A stretch of DNA of 64,000 nt. Origin: Neophaeotheca triangularis. Its lineage: Eukaryota. Numbering within the stretch: position 1 is the first letter of the stretch; each line of letters begins with the position of its first letter. Both the position numbers and the translations under genes were made by a program. The notes under the pieces were generated by a model, which was given only the letters and a program-made list of their open reading frames with translations, did not search any database and had not been told where the DNA came from. This document shows positions 25,070-38,014 of this stretch, piece after piece. The stretch spans positions 62,001 to 126,000 of the forward strand of contig BAAIJX010000010.1 of the NCBI GenBank assembly GCA_054600435.1. Direction: 5' to 3'.

Positions 25070-27976
25070 CTAGTCGTGCTTCGAAGTCGTTGGTCCGGCG
25101 CTCAGCGCGCCCTGTAAAACCGTACTCAGCCTTCTTCCCAAGTCTGAAGTCATGCGCCTCTGGTGACCGGGTTCGCGGGCGCTGTAAGTGCTGAGCCCAC
25201 TGCCGCGCCTGGTGCGACGACGGCCCAGCGGTGTAGTATCGGTACTGGCGCGTGCGACGTTCGGGTCGCCGGAGATGCTGCGGATGTTGTCGTAGTTCTC
25301 ATCGTCACCGTGGGCATCGGCTGCGATAGGTTCGCCGTTTTCGTCCACGGCGGTATTGGTTCGCCCATACCGTTTCTCGGCTTCTTCTCCTTCCTTCTTG
25401 TTGAGGTTCTCCGAAGGCAACAGAATGGCCTTGTCAAGGGCATAAGGAAGACCACGATGGCGACCACGAAGCATCATTGCGATGATGATGAGCTTCGAGA
25501 TTGGATGGAATTGACCGGAGAAGGAGGTGTTTGTGCTTTCATAGCCCAGAGACAGTCCGACAGTACCGTAGGCCGATACGATTTCGAAGAGCACGGCGAA
25601 CATGGTCCAGTCATCTTTCGTATCGTCTGCAATGTGGTTGCCTTCGACGATGGCTATGATGAACAGCCCTAGAAAGACATACCACAAGTCAAAAGACAGC
25701 TGGCGACGCAAATGGTGGCCAACATAACTCTTTTCATCTCCTTCATTGGAGGACTCTTCGCCACCCCACACGCCGAGAGACTTCTCTTCGTAGACGTTCG
25801 TTCTACGAACAGACACAGCAATTGGGAAGACGGAGATGTACATCATGACCATGTAACTAACCTGAATGGCAGGGTGGAGCTCCGCGAGGTTGACGACACT
25901 GAAACCGGCTGTACGAGTGCTAGTGGCTTGGAACCAGCCAGCAAGAATTCTGTAGCCGAGGGGTATCGTCGTAACAGCCTCATCGTCCAGGTCAAGGATG
26001 ATGAAGAAGATCAGATCGACTCCGTTGAGAAGGACAAGGATCCAAAACAGCCACCAAGTGGCTTTCGAAGGGAAAAGGAGCGTGAAACAGCGGCGAGGAT
26101 GCTCAAGCAGGAAAAGCAGCTCTTCCCATGTAGAGCTACCTTTAGGCACAAGCTTGCTCAAGCCCCAGATGATGAAGCGAAGCATACAAGGAAAGCCGGT
26201 GTTGCCGATGATGATGAGGAAGGAGCCTAATATCAGGGGTAGAGCCGCAGTCTGGAAGCTGATCATGCTGTTAGGGGTCAAGGTATATCCCAGATCGTTG
26301 AAAAGAGACTGAGGCGTGAAGATACCCCACCAAGCGGGATCGATGCCAAATTCGCTTACGTCCTGGTTCCAATGAGTGTTCGTGATCCAAGGCAGTAGCA
26401 CCACCATTCCAAGCAGGTGAAATCCTACATAGTAGCAAATCAATATCTTGGAGATGAGCAAGAGCGCGCGGTACTCGATTCCGCCAAGCTCTTCACGCTG
26501 CTCCGAAGTCAAGTTGACGAAGGCACTGTTCCGGCCGACGGTAGGCTGATAACTCAGATAGGGCATGGGTTCGGAAAAATCGTTTCTAGTCGTGCGCGCT
26601 GTCGTCCAACTGTTGAAAGTACGATTGTGGGTATTTGACCTGTGCGAATTGCCAAAAACACGCGAATCACTGCGACGGCGCCGTATCCCGCTAGTGATTT
26701 TCGATAGAATTTGGCCGGGGGAACGGCGCCGAGACAGACCGGCATCATCCTCATCATCTTCATCGTTCCCTTCTTTTTCATGGGTGCGGGCGCGATGAGC
26801 CGGATGATCGGGTTCATCGATGGTGATGGCACGCTTTGGATAAGGTTTGCTCGGGCTCTCCTCGTCTTCGACAGTTGGAGCCATGAACGGACCGCCTCGG
26901 TGATCACGCTCATCGTTGGTTGGGACTGTCTGGAGAGTGTTTCGGGTTTGAAGACGCGAGAGCTCTGTGCCTTCTTGCTCATTGATTGCTGCCGGTAAAT
27001 CTCCGCGATCAAAATCTCTAGGCCCTGGGATCTTCAGCGACGGCCCCTCGGTTGCGTTGCGTTTCTGACGCGCAACGAACTCGACGTTATGCCAATTGTT
27101 AGGATGGGCTGACATGCGAGCCTGATTCGACGGCGTACGCTTGTGGCCGTGTTGAGCAGCATTGACTTGAGCAGCGTTTGGCACTTCATCGGCGAAGGTG
27201 ATGCCTTTATTCAATCGAGGATTGGCGCCATGGTAGCCCTCACCCAACAGAGGGTTCAGTCCGAGAAACGATTTCCTCTCTGCTGGCGGCTCACCTTCTT
27301 CCTGCTCTTTGCGTTTCTCCGGTGTCTCTTCTTTGTCCTTGAGCGTGCTGCTTTCGCCGCTGTCTGTGTCGTTGCCGGAAGGGGTGGTCGAGCTGACACT
27401 TTCAGTGGCCTGTTGCAAACCCTGCTTCTCGGAGAACACTTTCTGCGCCGCTTTCTGTTTGGCAGTACTGTTGCTCATTCCGTTCGGTACTGTAGTCTCA
27501 TGCAAAACCTTGATCGTCCTGCCTGCCACTCCAAGCTCCACCCTAGGATCCTGCGGATCCAACTTTGCTTCGCTCTTTGATCTGCTCCTAGTCTTCGACC
27601 TTTGCTTATTCCTCGACTCTTTCACTATACCCTGGAACCTTTTCTCGAACCAGTAGAGGCGAACGAAAACGACGATCGTGTTGATGAAGATTGGATTGCA
27701 AACGCAGGCCATAAAGAAGAATAGTACTTGCTGGCCGAGGAAAAGGTCGTTGATGTCGATGGTGTTGAGGCCGGACTGCGTGGCGGCGCCGCAAGAGAAG
27801 AAGAGAGCATCGACGAAATCCATGCCACCGATGCCAAAGACGATGACGCTACCGAGTAAACTCCAGGCAATTAGATAGAGGTAGTGGACGCTGATGAAGT
27901 TGAAGGTTGGGCGCTTCTTGAGCTTTTGCGCTGCCGTGCGGGTCCATGTCCACGAAGTTTTGAGTGGTCCTAACAT
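25070..27976 (-). CDS. TRK1: Trk-family potassium transporter
   Basis: Four pore motifs ATQSGLN, FNDLGYTL, STRTAGF, SAYGTVGLSLG; ELGGIEYRAL; RGRHRGLPYALD. Confidence 0.95.
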   Translation of the reverse strand: MLGPLKTSWTWTRTAAQKLKKRPTFNFISVHYLYLIAWSLLGSVIVFGIGGMDFVDALFFSCGAATQSGLNTIDINDLFLGQQVLFFFMACVCNPIFINTIVVFVRLYWFEKRFQGIVKESRNKQRSKTRSRSKSEAKLDPQDPRVELGVAGRTIKVLHETTVPNGMSNSTAKQKAAQKVFSEKQGLQQATESVSSTTPSGNDTDSGESSTLKDKEETPEKRKEQEEGEPPAERKSFLGLNPLLGEGYHGANPRLNKGITFADEVPNAAQVNAAQHGHKRTPSNQARMSAHPNNWHNVEFVARQKRNATEGPSLKIPGPRDFDRGDLPAAINEQEGTELSRLQTRNTLQTVPTNDERDHRGGPFMAPTVEDEESPSKPYPKRAITIDEPDHPAHRARTHEKEGNDEDDEDDAGLSRRRSPGQILSKITSGIRRRRSDSRVFGNSHRSNTHNRTFNSWTTARTTRNDFSEPMPYLSYQPTVGRNSAFVNLTSEQREELGGIEYRALLLISKILICYYVGFHLLGMVVLLPWITNTHWNQDVSEFGIDPAWWGIFTPQSLFNDLGYTLTPNSMISFQTAALPLILGSFLIIIGNTGFPCMLRFIIWGLSKLVPKGSSTWEELLFLLEHPRRCFTLLFPSKATWWLFWILVLLNGVDLIFFIILDLDDEAVTTIPLGYRILAGWFQATSTRTAGFSVVNLAELHPAIQVSYMVMMYISVFPIAVSVRRTNVYEEKSLGVWGGEESSNEGDEKSYVGHHLRRQLSFDLWYVFLGLFIIAIVEGNHIADDTKDDWTMFAVLFEIVSAYGTVGLSLGYESTNTSFSGQFHPISKLIIIAMMLRGRHRGLPYALDKAILLPSENLNKKEGEEAEKRYGRTNTAVDENGEPIAADAHGDDENYDNIRSISGDPNVARASTDTTPLGRRRTRRGSGLSTYSAREPGHQRRMTSDLGRRLSTVLQGALSAGPTTSKHD

Positions 27977-29689
27977 GGCCTAGTACTAGATGATGAAAGG
28001 CAAGACGGTAAGGATGTGCGCGGGCTGTAGTCGACGCCGGTGTGGAATATAAGTCTGACGTTGTGAATGAGAAGCCGTACGAATAGTCGTAGTGTCCTCG
28101 AAATCCACCTGCTGAGTGGGAGAAGGTGACGGTGCCGGCACCTGAAAGTAACGTGGTGAGGTAGAAGTCAATGGGTTATGCCCCTTCGTCACGGGCGAGT
28201 TTTGTTGCACAGTGGAGTGCGTGTCAACGGGGGTATATGTCCATGGTGAAGGACTAGTTGGAGTTGGACCGCAATCTTGAATAGACAGCGAGCAGACGAC
28301 TGCTTGCTATCGGTAAGACGCTGCTGGCTGGAAGAAGGCGTCTATTCGAGTGTCGTTGAAATCGCTCTATCCATCTAGGCTCAGGGCCGGAGTCTCTAAA
28401 GGCGGATGTCGTGGGACTGTGGACAGCAATAATGGGAAGAAGTCGAGGAATGCAGCCGGTGGTGGGTGTCGATGGCGAAGCACCTGAGATCTTTGAACAG
28501 GCATCTGACGAGACGAGACCCTTCCCTGCTGCGCACGGCTTTCACCGCGGCCTTGGCATACATATCCGGCCTCGCCCGCACTTCCCGCTATGCCGGGGAG
28601 ATCCAAGGCGCAGGCCGACGGGCATGCACAAAGAATCGCGCGGATACGATCATACCGTAAGGGACCTCCTATACCGTACCTCCTATGGCGGGTGCACAGC
28701 ATCCCAAGTCTTCTTGTTTCACCTTTCCAGACACGCCCAGAGCCTCTCGTAACATCGCGTCAAAGACATGGCCACGTCACCCACGTGCGAGGATTCGCGC
28801 CGTTGGCTCTAACGGTAGGTAAGATATGCGTTGGCATTAACGGTCCTCTTTGTACAAGGGTGCATGCGTAGTCGTGGCTCGTTCAACATGTGAACTCGCA
28901 CAAGCACACGCCGCCTCCCCAGGGCACTTTGACTCCTTGTTCGCCTGCAATCAGGCTTCTGGCCCGAGACGTATGTACTCTAGTGGCTTGCGAGTCGATC
29001 ACCCCTGCCAAGTGCCACAGTCGACATATTTGGGCTGGTTGACGTTCGACATGATGATTGAGACTTCCACCTGGTTTCGTATTACAAATCAAACGGCAGG
29101 CATTGACCGCTCCGTTTTATGTCCGGACTGTGAACGTACGTAGGTACCGGCCCAAGCAGGACGGGCAATCATTTTCCCACAAGCCTGTCGGTTTCACGAG
29201 TGAGTGGTGTTGCGACTTGCAGTAGCTGTGCTGTTCTCCGAGCCTCCAAGCTCAATACTGAATACTGTACCGTGTTGATGAGGCGAGCCAGTGCACAGCC
29301 TGGGAAGGGCTACCTTGTTGATGGGGTCTTGGGAGGAGTTTTGGCAAACGAGCTTCGTTTGACGTGAGCCATGGCCTACCTGTACGAGTACTTCCAGAGC
29401 AAAAAACAATCAAGGGTTTACCAGACAAGAGCGGGCCCGCGAGAATGCCGTTCGCAGTAAAGCGCACGCCATGTTATACCAGGAGTGAACGAGCTGTACA
29501 AAATCTTTGAGTGAGGCTATCAGTAGTGCATAGCAGTACAATGTGCCGGTCTCGTCATCAGCACCCACGGCGTCCAATATACACGCGCCCGCCTCTCCTC
29601 TGCTCTTCCCGCTTTCTCCATAGTTCTCTATCTCCAGACGCCTTTAAGGGGGGGAACACAGCATGCACTCATCCGAACCGAGCCTTGTC

Positions 29690-30394
29690 CTACGAGCTTT
29701 GCTCAGGATACATCTGCTCCTTGAGGTTTACGCCGAGCTCTTCCCGAACCCCTTGCAGCTCGTTCAAGTATTCGTCGTACTGGCCCTGGTTCTCCACCTT
29801 CGCTTTGATGCCTGAGTTGGGCAGTGTTAGTCCGCTTCACCAGTAGCTCAATCTTCATGACAGCCTCGTATGAGCTTCAAATGGAGCTATAGCTTACCCT
29901 CAAAAATCCTCACGGCGGTCGGGAAGTCATTGACACGTCGGGCAGCCTTGAGCGCTGCAGTGATGACGGAAGGGGAGGGCACGAGATCGTAGGCAAAAGC
30001 ATTGTTGAGGTTGCGCTGCAGCTCGAAGACGTCCTGGACCTTCTCGAACTCCTTCTCGTACCTAGCAGAGCCTTCTGATTAGCTTACTGTGCACCAGTGG
30101 CCTCGTCCATTGCGGCCGGAACTGTTCTCGCTCCTTCTTTCTCCCTCTTCCCCTGTAGCCATTGTGCTGCGTTGTGACCCCGCCGACAGGAGTGGCATAC
30201 CTGGCAGTGAAATCCTCAAAGCTCTCCTCGTGATGCGGGTCGTGCGGGTCGGTGTCGGTGGCGAGCTTCCTGGTCGAGGTAGAGAAGGCGCATGTCGCTG
30301 GCTGGAGTCGGATGGTCTGCTTTTGCACACGGCAGGCCGGTCGAGCGACGGTCCTCGCTCGCACGGCGAAGCGAGCGAAAGCTGCTGAAGACAT
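29690..30394 (-). CDS. COX6: Cytochrome c oxidase subunit Va (yeast Cox6); exons 30394-30201, 30061-29899, 29811-29690
   Basis: Arg-rich presequence, HEESFEDFTAR/YEKEF..DVFELQRNLNNAFAYDLVPSP..ALKAARRVNDFPTAVRIFEG/IKAKVEN, assembled across GT-AG introns. Confidence 0.95.
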
Positions 30395-31455
30395 TGGAAT
30401 ATGGACTGTAATTTGCGAAAGAGCGGAGAGGTGTCGCGGTGGACGTGTGATGATTGTGACCGTGGTGAGGGATGTATTATTTGCTGCTGCTGGCTTGCGC
30501 AGTACGAGACGTTCGAAGTCGGAGTGAACTGGGAGGCAGCTCGGGATTGGGCCGGGGAAAATAGGGTCACGTGTTTCCATCGAGTTTATACTCTTGTTAC
30601 TCCTACAATAATACTAGTACACTTCGATCGAGCCTCTAAATCGTTTTGCGGCTGGTGTTTGTCTACTTTAGACCTTGAGCATGGCAATAGCATTATTTCT
30701 GCGAAGTTTTCGACTGCTGTGAGCTCGCAGATGCATTGTCACCATTATTTTCACTGATTGGCTGCAGCCCGGAGCTTCCGCGAGAAGCTGAGCTTCGATT
30801 TTGTTGTTCGTCTTATTATTCCCCCTGCACAGCACAGCCTGTAGCACTTTATGCATTATTCAGCCCTAGCAACGACCGAGCTGACGTTGATAATAATAAG
30901 GCACATGTCAGGCACACACAACAACGCCTCTTAGTTCTGCGTGCTTCACGTGTGTTGCACCAGCGAGACCAGGTAGCCTCGGTCAGCCAAGACCACTGTG
31001 AGCCTCAGAAGCATGCCCATTCCATCTCCAAGCCTCGTTGTACGGCCGTAGAGTAGTTAGTAAAGTCTGGTCCACCCCTCGGCAAGCAGGGGACGGTGTA
31101 ATATTAATAATTGGCGTCGGCGTTGGCGTTGCCAGTCAACATTATTGGAACCAACAGTAAATTTCTCCCCGGACTCGCGCTTGATCAGATCAAATCTCCG
31201 CCCTTGGACCCTCCTCCCTCCCCTTTACCTACCTTGCCTCGACAACAAAACAATCGGGACACGCTTCCTTTCTTCCTTCTCACATTCACCTCTGCTCTTG
31301 CTTTTTACCTTTTAATCTTCTCTTATAGTCACTCTTTAGACGAGGTTGAAGTCTCACGGGTGGGCTCATCGAACGCGAAGACTCGTGGTGCTTACTCCGA
31401 TCGATCCGGCGCGAGAACACCAGTAGGACAAGACTTCTTGCTTCGATCCATCGCA

Positions 31456-32576
31456 ATGTCGCAACCGAAATGGCTTGAAGTTGGCTTGCCGACTCTAGAC
31501 CGACCTTTCGGTATCGCCCTATGGCCCATTTTTGCCAAAGCCTTTACCAGCATCAAGGGCTATGCGCCAGAAGAGTTCCGTTTCGTGCCCGGCGAGACGC
31601 CCATGGCCAGCATGCAAGAGACGGCAATTGCGCTTGTCAGCTACTACATTATAATCTTTGGAGGCAGAGAGTTGATGAGGAACAGGGAGCCGATGCAGTT
31701 GAACGGCCTCTTCAAGATCCACAACTTCTACTTGACCGCAATCAGTGCGATACTGTTGGCACTCTTCATTGAGCAGCTTCTGCCAACCCTCGTGAGGCAC
31801 GGCTTGTTTTACGGCATTTGCGCATACGAGGGAGGCTGGTCCAACCAACTGGTTGTGCTTTACTACGTAAGCGCTACTTTTCTGATCTTAAGGCTGTGCC
31901 CTGGTGCTGACATTCTGCAAAGCTCAACTACCTCACCAAGTACCTCGAACTGATCGACACCGTCTTTCTCTTCCTCAAGAAGAAGCCATTGACCTTCCTC
32001 CACACTTACCACCACGGCGCGACTGCCCTCCTCTGCTACACCCAGCTTCTCGGCAACACCGCAGTATCATGGGTACCCATCACCCTAAACCTGACAGTCC
32101 ACGTCGTCATGTACTGGTACTACTTCCAGTCCGCGCGCGGCATTCGCATCTGGTGGAAGAAGTACATTACCATGCTGCAGATCCTCCAATTCATCATCGA
32201 CCTCGGCTTCGTCTACTTCGCATCTTACACCTACTTCAGCGCCAGCTACTTCCCGAACCTCCCGACCATGGGCATTTGCGCAGGCGAGGAGTTCGCAGCT
32301 TTCGCTGGCATGGCCATCCTCTCGTCGTACCTCGTCCTTTTCATTGGATTCTACGCGGCTACCTACAAGAAGCCGGCGCGCAAGGGTCGTGGCAGGACTA
32401 CCAGTGCGCTCGTCGAGATGAAAGATGAGAAGCTTCCGACCCTTGGCGAAGCCAGGAGACGATTTAGTGGAAGCGAACCGGCTATGGCGACAGGCAGTTC
32501 GACTGGAAAGGAGAATGGATCCACTTCTAACGGTACTCCTAGCTCTGGGCGTGTCACTAGGTCGAGGAAGGCGTAG
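31456..32576 (+). CDS. Fatty acid elongase (GNS1/SUR4 family, Elo2-like); exons 31456-31866, 31923-32576
   Basis: [39 protein letters not shown] motifs. Confidence 0.95.
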
Positions 32577-33697
32577 TGTGCTCCTGTCGTGCACGGCAAG
32601 GCCTTTGATGTATGAGGTTGCATGGGATTATTGAAAAGTCGGACGAGAGCTGAGAAGCAGACCACGCTTCGGGGGAGGCTGGGGAGAAGCTTTAGGGGAA
32701 AAGGAAGTGGCATGTAGTGATAGTGGGACTGATGGATGCCATGTACTATGGAGAGAGGGAAGAGATGGCATGTTGTACGAGACGAGACGGGCGAGGGCGC
32801 TTTGCTCTCGCTGGTCAGGCAAGCCCTGTGGGAATATCGTGCTGATGAGAGAAATGCATTGGGACGGCGTTTTACATCACGGCGTGGCCTTGGGAGGTAG
32901 CATGTCAGAACCTGAACACAGCTTAGATGTACAGTCTCAATACACATTTAATGTAATTATTTGAAAATCATCTTTCCGTCTTGGCGAGTAATCTTGTCAC
33001 AGTGGCCTGCATGAACTGTGAGATCCGTCTCTCCGCTATCTAGCGCGAAGTCCCCCTTTACATACTGCGGATGGGATTGTCTGGATCACCATCCCGCACG
33101 TAGCGACATCAACATGGAGATTGCTCATCGACTGTCACGCAAGTTTTTGTTCGCGGTCCAGGAGAATCTGCTCCGGAAAATGTTCAAAAGACTGGAACCA
33201 ACATCGACTCCACCCCGAAGCGCAAGACTCCGAGCCTGTCGCTAGGACTGCTTACCACTCGAATCAAGGCTGTCACTATTCCCTACCGTCCATTCCGCTG
33301 CCAGATCTTGTCTTGATCTCATGAGCATCTGTCCCAGCAAGTATGTCTGCGAATTGCCACGCCGCACTTGCACCGTTCATGGGCCTTTGCAAAGCGGGAC
33401 GGTACCATGGCCTCTGTCTTCGAGCAGCTCATGACTACGCTGCATACCGAGGGGACGTATGGGGATGTTTAGAGGTCATGTGCTGCACTATCTGAGTTTG
33501 GATGTTACGACGACATTCCCATGGGCTGGCCATGTTTGCCACTGTTGTTGAAGTTATACTCCCAGGCACGAGACTGGCTGACGGTAGGTTATAACATCGA
33601 GGTTTGTTACCTTAACCTCTCAAGACCTTCATTCAATTCCTCGCCGACACCGTCACACCAAGAAAAGTTTTCCAATCTTGATCAGAAGGGGGGGAAA

Positions 33698-35696
33698 ATG
33701 GAAACAACAGGCATCGAAGCCAGCCCCAAAGCCCATGGCATCTGGCCAGCAGCATGCCAAAGCTTTCGCGACCTCTTCATCTGGCAACAACGCACAGAGA
33801 CGACTCTGCCCAACGGCATAACTAAAACAGAATGGACGAAGCCCCTGCCTCTCAAGAACCCCTTCTCGTTGCTTCGCCAGCTGACGGCGAAGAACTGGCT
33901 CTACTTCACCGTCGGTTTGGCCGCTTGTACCGCAGACGCTTTCGATTACCAGGCCCTCGCTATCCAGACTGTGAAGTTTGCGAACTACTACGAGACTTCG
34001 AATACGCAGATTACGACGGCGATTACCTTGACGCATTTGCTGCGGAGTGTTGGGGCTGCCGCTTTTGGCTTGGCGGGCGACAAGTAAGTGGTGGTCACGT
34101 CTGATTTTGTTTGAATGACAGAACGGCTAATTCGGTTGGAAAGATGGGGCCGCAAGTGGCCGATGGTGGTGAATATGTGAGTTCCATTCGTGACGAGGCC
34201 GGTTTGCAGGGCTGATTGAACTGTGCAGGTTCATCCTTGGGCTGCTGCAAGTGGCGACGATATATAGTTCCACTTACAGTCAGTTCCTTGCAGTGCGTAG
34301 TCTTTTTGGAATCTTCATGTAAGGTCTTGTGATCCAAACAAGATATGAACGATTAGGCTAACACATAATCAGGGGAGGTGTTTGTAAGTAAACCACTAGA
34401 CGCATGCTCAAGTAGCATGGAGACTGGGTTTCATATCAGAAGACCGACTGGGCTTGCTTTTGCAATTGCGTGTCGTGACTGACGTATAATTCAGACGGCA
34501 ATGCTATCGCAATGGCACTGGAAAACTGTCCGATTCAAAGCAGAGGGTTGATGTCAGGCGTACTGTGCCAGTCCGGCTCGCTTGGCTACATTTGCGCTGC
34601 AGGTGCAAATTATGCAGTAGGAGGCGGCGTGAACAGCTGGAAGCTGGTCTTCTGGATCGCAACCGGAATGTCATGCTTCGTGGGTTTCGTCCGCATGTGC
34701 TTTCCAGAGAGCAAGCAATTCCGCGAAGCGTCTCGAGTCCGGCGTGAAACCGAGCAGGATCGGCACACCAACGGCCATCGGGGTAGTATCGTCAGTATGA
34801 CCGACACCGTCCACGATAATGTCACCCCTGGCGCTTTCTGGAAAGACACTCGGAGCGTGCTGAAACGGGAGTGGCGGATCTTAGTCTACTGCATCATCCT
34901 CATGAGCTGGCTGACCTACCACGCACACGCCAGCCAAGACTCCTACACCACCTTCCTCCTAGCGCAGAAAGAGTTCAGCAACGCCGAAGCCAGCCTCTCC
35001 AGCATGATCATGAAAAGCGGCGCCGTCGTCGGCGGAATCACAATCGGCTACCTCTCACAATGGTTCGGCCGACGTCGAGGCATGCTCCTCCCCGCCATCT
35101 TAAGCGCGCTCCTGATTCCAGCCTGGATCCTCCCCGAAACCGAAGCAGGCATCTCCATCGGCGGTTTCGCCATGCAGTTCTGCGTAGGCGGCGCATGGGG
35201 CGTCGTGCCCATCCACCTTAACGAACTAAGCCCACCGGCTTTCCGATCTGTCTTCCCGGGTGTTTCGAAAGAGATCGGAAACATGATAAGCGCCCCTGCA
35301 GCCGAAATCGTCAACGCCATTGCCGAGTCGACTTTGATTGAAGGCCCGAACGGCGAGCGGGTACCCGCTTATGGCCCGGTGATGGGCATCTTCACCGCGA
35401 TCATCGCTATCGGCGTTTTCGTCACTGTGGCGGTTGGGCCGGAGAAGCGAGGCGCCGAGTTCGTTGGGTGCGTTGCTGGTCTTGATCCTGAGAAGGAAGC
35501 GGAACTGAGAGCTAGAGGAGATGTGGCTAGGAGGAGGTTCGGGAGCGATGGGACTGTTCCTAGTGGCGAGATGACTGAGAAGGAGAGCGTTGATATGGGT
35601 AAATGGGGTAGTATTGATGATCGAGTCAAGAGTGTGGATTTTGGGAGGGTCAAGTATGCACCTGAGCGTAATCATGGTGCTGATGGCATGGCCTGA
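33698..35696 (+). CDS. MFS carboxylate transporter, Jen1-like; exons 33698-34083, 34144-34176, 34229-34318, 34373-34383, 34495-35696
   Basis: DAFDY, LLRSVGAAAFGLAGDK/WGRKWPM, MGGVYGN, ALENCP..RGLMSG, HASQD, GAWGVVPIHLNELSP, GPEKRG. Confidence 0.92.
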
Positions 35697-36599
35697 TTAT
35701 TGGCTGAGCTGGGAGAAAGGGTATCAAGGTCGCTCAGCCTCGACAATACCCCGATTTCTCGTCTGGATGCAACACCTGCAAGCGAATTCATACCCCGAGC
35801 AAGGCACGATGCCATAACTAGCTAGATATTGTAAAGAGATGTAGAGTCCTAGAACGTGCTCAAGCCGTGAGTATTAAGTGCGCATTAAAGTGAAGGATTA
35901 TAGGCTTGACATAAACAGAAAAATTCTAGCTCAAACGAAGACATTCTTCTAATTGCAAGCACTAGTCGTCTACGAAGATGTCCCAATAACAGCAGTCGTA
36001 ATCTAATATGATTCCGACATATCATGCACATTTGTTCATACGAAGAATACTTTGAAGAAGCGCCTAAGTACCGATATCCTCGAGAAATAGTGGGCGGGCA
36101 TAGAAACAACACAAGCATGAGGTAGCATTGCGCCATCTCCACGACGTGCCTTCCTCTTTAGGCCGAATCTCTATAGCCGGCATCATAAGCTTCTCCCGTC
36201 TCTAACCGGCCTGTCAGTACCTCACTCTAATTTCCCTTTACGAGCGTTAACATTGGTGCAGATGACCTATGTCAGCAGTCCTAAAGTCGCATGTGCTTGC
36301 CATTCTGCTACCTCTTTGTCGACATTTATCTTGAAAGCGACGAAGAATCAACGCAGGAACAACAACCTTCGGACACCCGGCTTCGGAGTAGAAAGGTACA
36401 TCAATTCCGTTTGATATCTCTTTCTACCCGAATAGAGGTACCAGAACAAGACGTCAGACCCAAGCAGCTCACCGAGCTCGCTTCACTTTGCTCAATATCC
36501 ATCTTCCATTACCTTCGACTGGCGATTCTCACTCGCTACACATTCCCATCCATCTCACTGACTTTCATCGAGTCCCGTCGTCGACACCGGCAAGGCAAG

Positions 36600-37382
36600 A
36601 TGGCAGACAGCGACTACGAGCACTGGCCGGAGGATGGCGACTACCGCACCGAGGAGTCCAAAGTGAAGCCCGGCTACGATGCCAACAACGGCCTTCACAC
36701 CTTCAGCTACAAGCAAGCGCCACCTTCTCCCAAAGCCGAATCCATCAAGACCGAAATCGTCTACGTCGAGGACGCGCAGCCGACCGCCCCAAAGCCCGAA
36801 CGCAAGATCCGTTACATCTACGTTCTTCCCAAGGACCACCCAGCGCCTCCCGAGCCAGTCGTACAGCCAGAGGAAGAGGTGACCTACATCGAGCAGGAAC
36901 AAGCAAAGGTGGAAGATTCAAGGGTAACTTATTGCTACACCCCTTCCAGTCCCGTCGAGTCCGCTCCAAAGTCCACGTACTACACCTACGGCAAGTCTCC
37001 AGCAGCGCAGCCACCGAAGGAATCGACCTACCAGTACGTGCCTGCGGTCCCGGGCGCTGCTCCCCAAAGCGAAAATCTCCCATGGACCGGACGCACCAAG
37101 GCACAGGTCGAGGAGGACAACATGAAGATTGCGTTCAACGAGAACGTGAACAGGGAGCGCAAGATGGCGCCAGTGGACACCAAGGAGGATGAGGTCTTTT
37201 GGGTCGTCGAGCTTGATGGCTCTCAGACTCTTCGGTAAGCTAGAGGTCGCCTTTTATGCTGGGGTGAATGGTTGTTGACTTGTTGGTGTAGTTCCCATGA
37301 AGCCATTCAGGGGATGAACGGGCATTGGCGCGAGGATCCACGCTTCAAGAGCTGGTATTTCTTGCGTGAGAAGGGAGAGTGA
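36600..37382 (+). CDS. Hypothetical Pro/Tyr-rich protein; exons 36600-37234, 37292-37382
   Basis: Strong codon bias; globular-looking C-terminus WTGRTKAQVEEDN..FWVVELDG..LR/..GHW..WYFLR completed by a GTAAGC..TAG intron. Confidence 0.7.
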
Positions 37383-38014
37383 GGAGAGCTCTCGGTGAGG
37401 ACGCGAGGTACGGCATCGAAAATTGCATGAGAGCATCAGCCGCCGACCTGGTGAATGAATCGATATGAGAGGCTCCCTTTTGCTAGTGGGAACAGGAGTT
37501 GGTCCACGTACCTTGCCAACCCGAGTGATTGCAGCTTGCAATCAACGGCGAACGACACCCTAGCTCTTTCTAATTCAACAATGAACCTAGGAGTTTTAGC
37601 CAGCCTACATATTCATATTTCATTCTCCTGCTTCCGGTCCTGCCTTTTTAGTGCTAAATCGATATCAAGCGGAACATTCCCAAGTTGATCAAAACGTCCA
37701 AAGTCCATTTCAGATCCTCAAAGTTGACGTCACACGCTCGACTTTCTTCTACCCAACCGCTCCACTTACCTACATCTCCGATGCCATTCGACGCAAACAT
37801 CAGAAACACTTGCCTCTTCCTCGCCATCTTCATTCTCGCCTTCTTCCCTTCAATCTTTCAAACCGTCTTACAGCTCCCCCTAGCAACGCTAAGCCTCGTC
37901 TTCGGAACCTCAACCCTCCCCGCAGCCAGAAAACTACTCCCAACCTGCGCCTGCTGCCCACCAGCAACTTGCAACCTCCCAACCACTCCCAACATCCCCG
38001 AAACCACCGCGACA

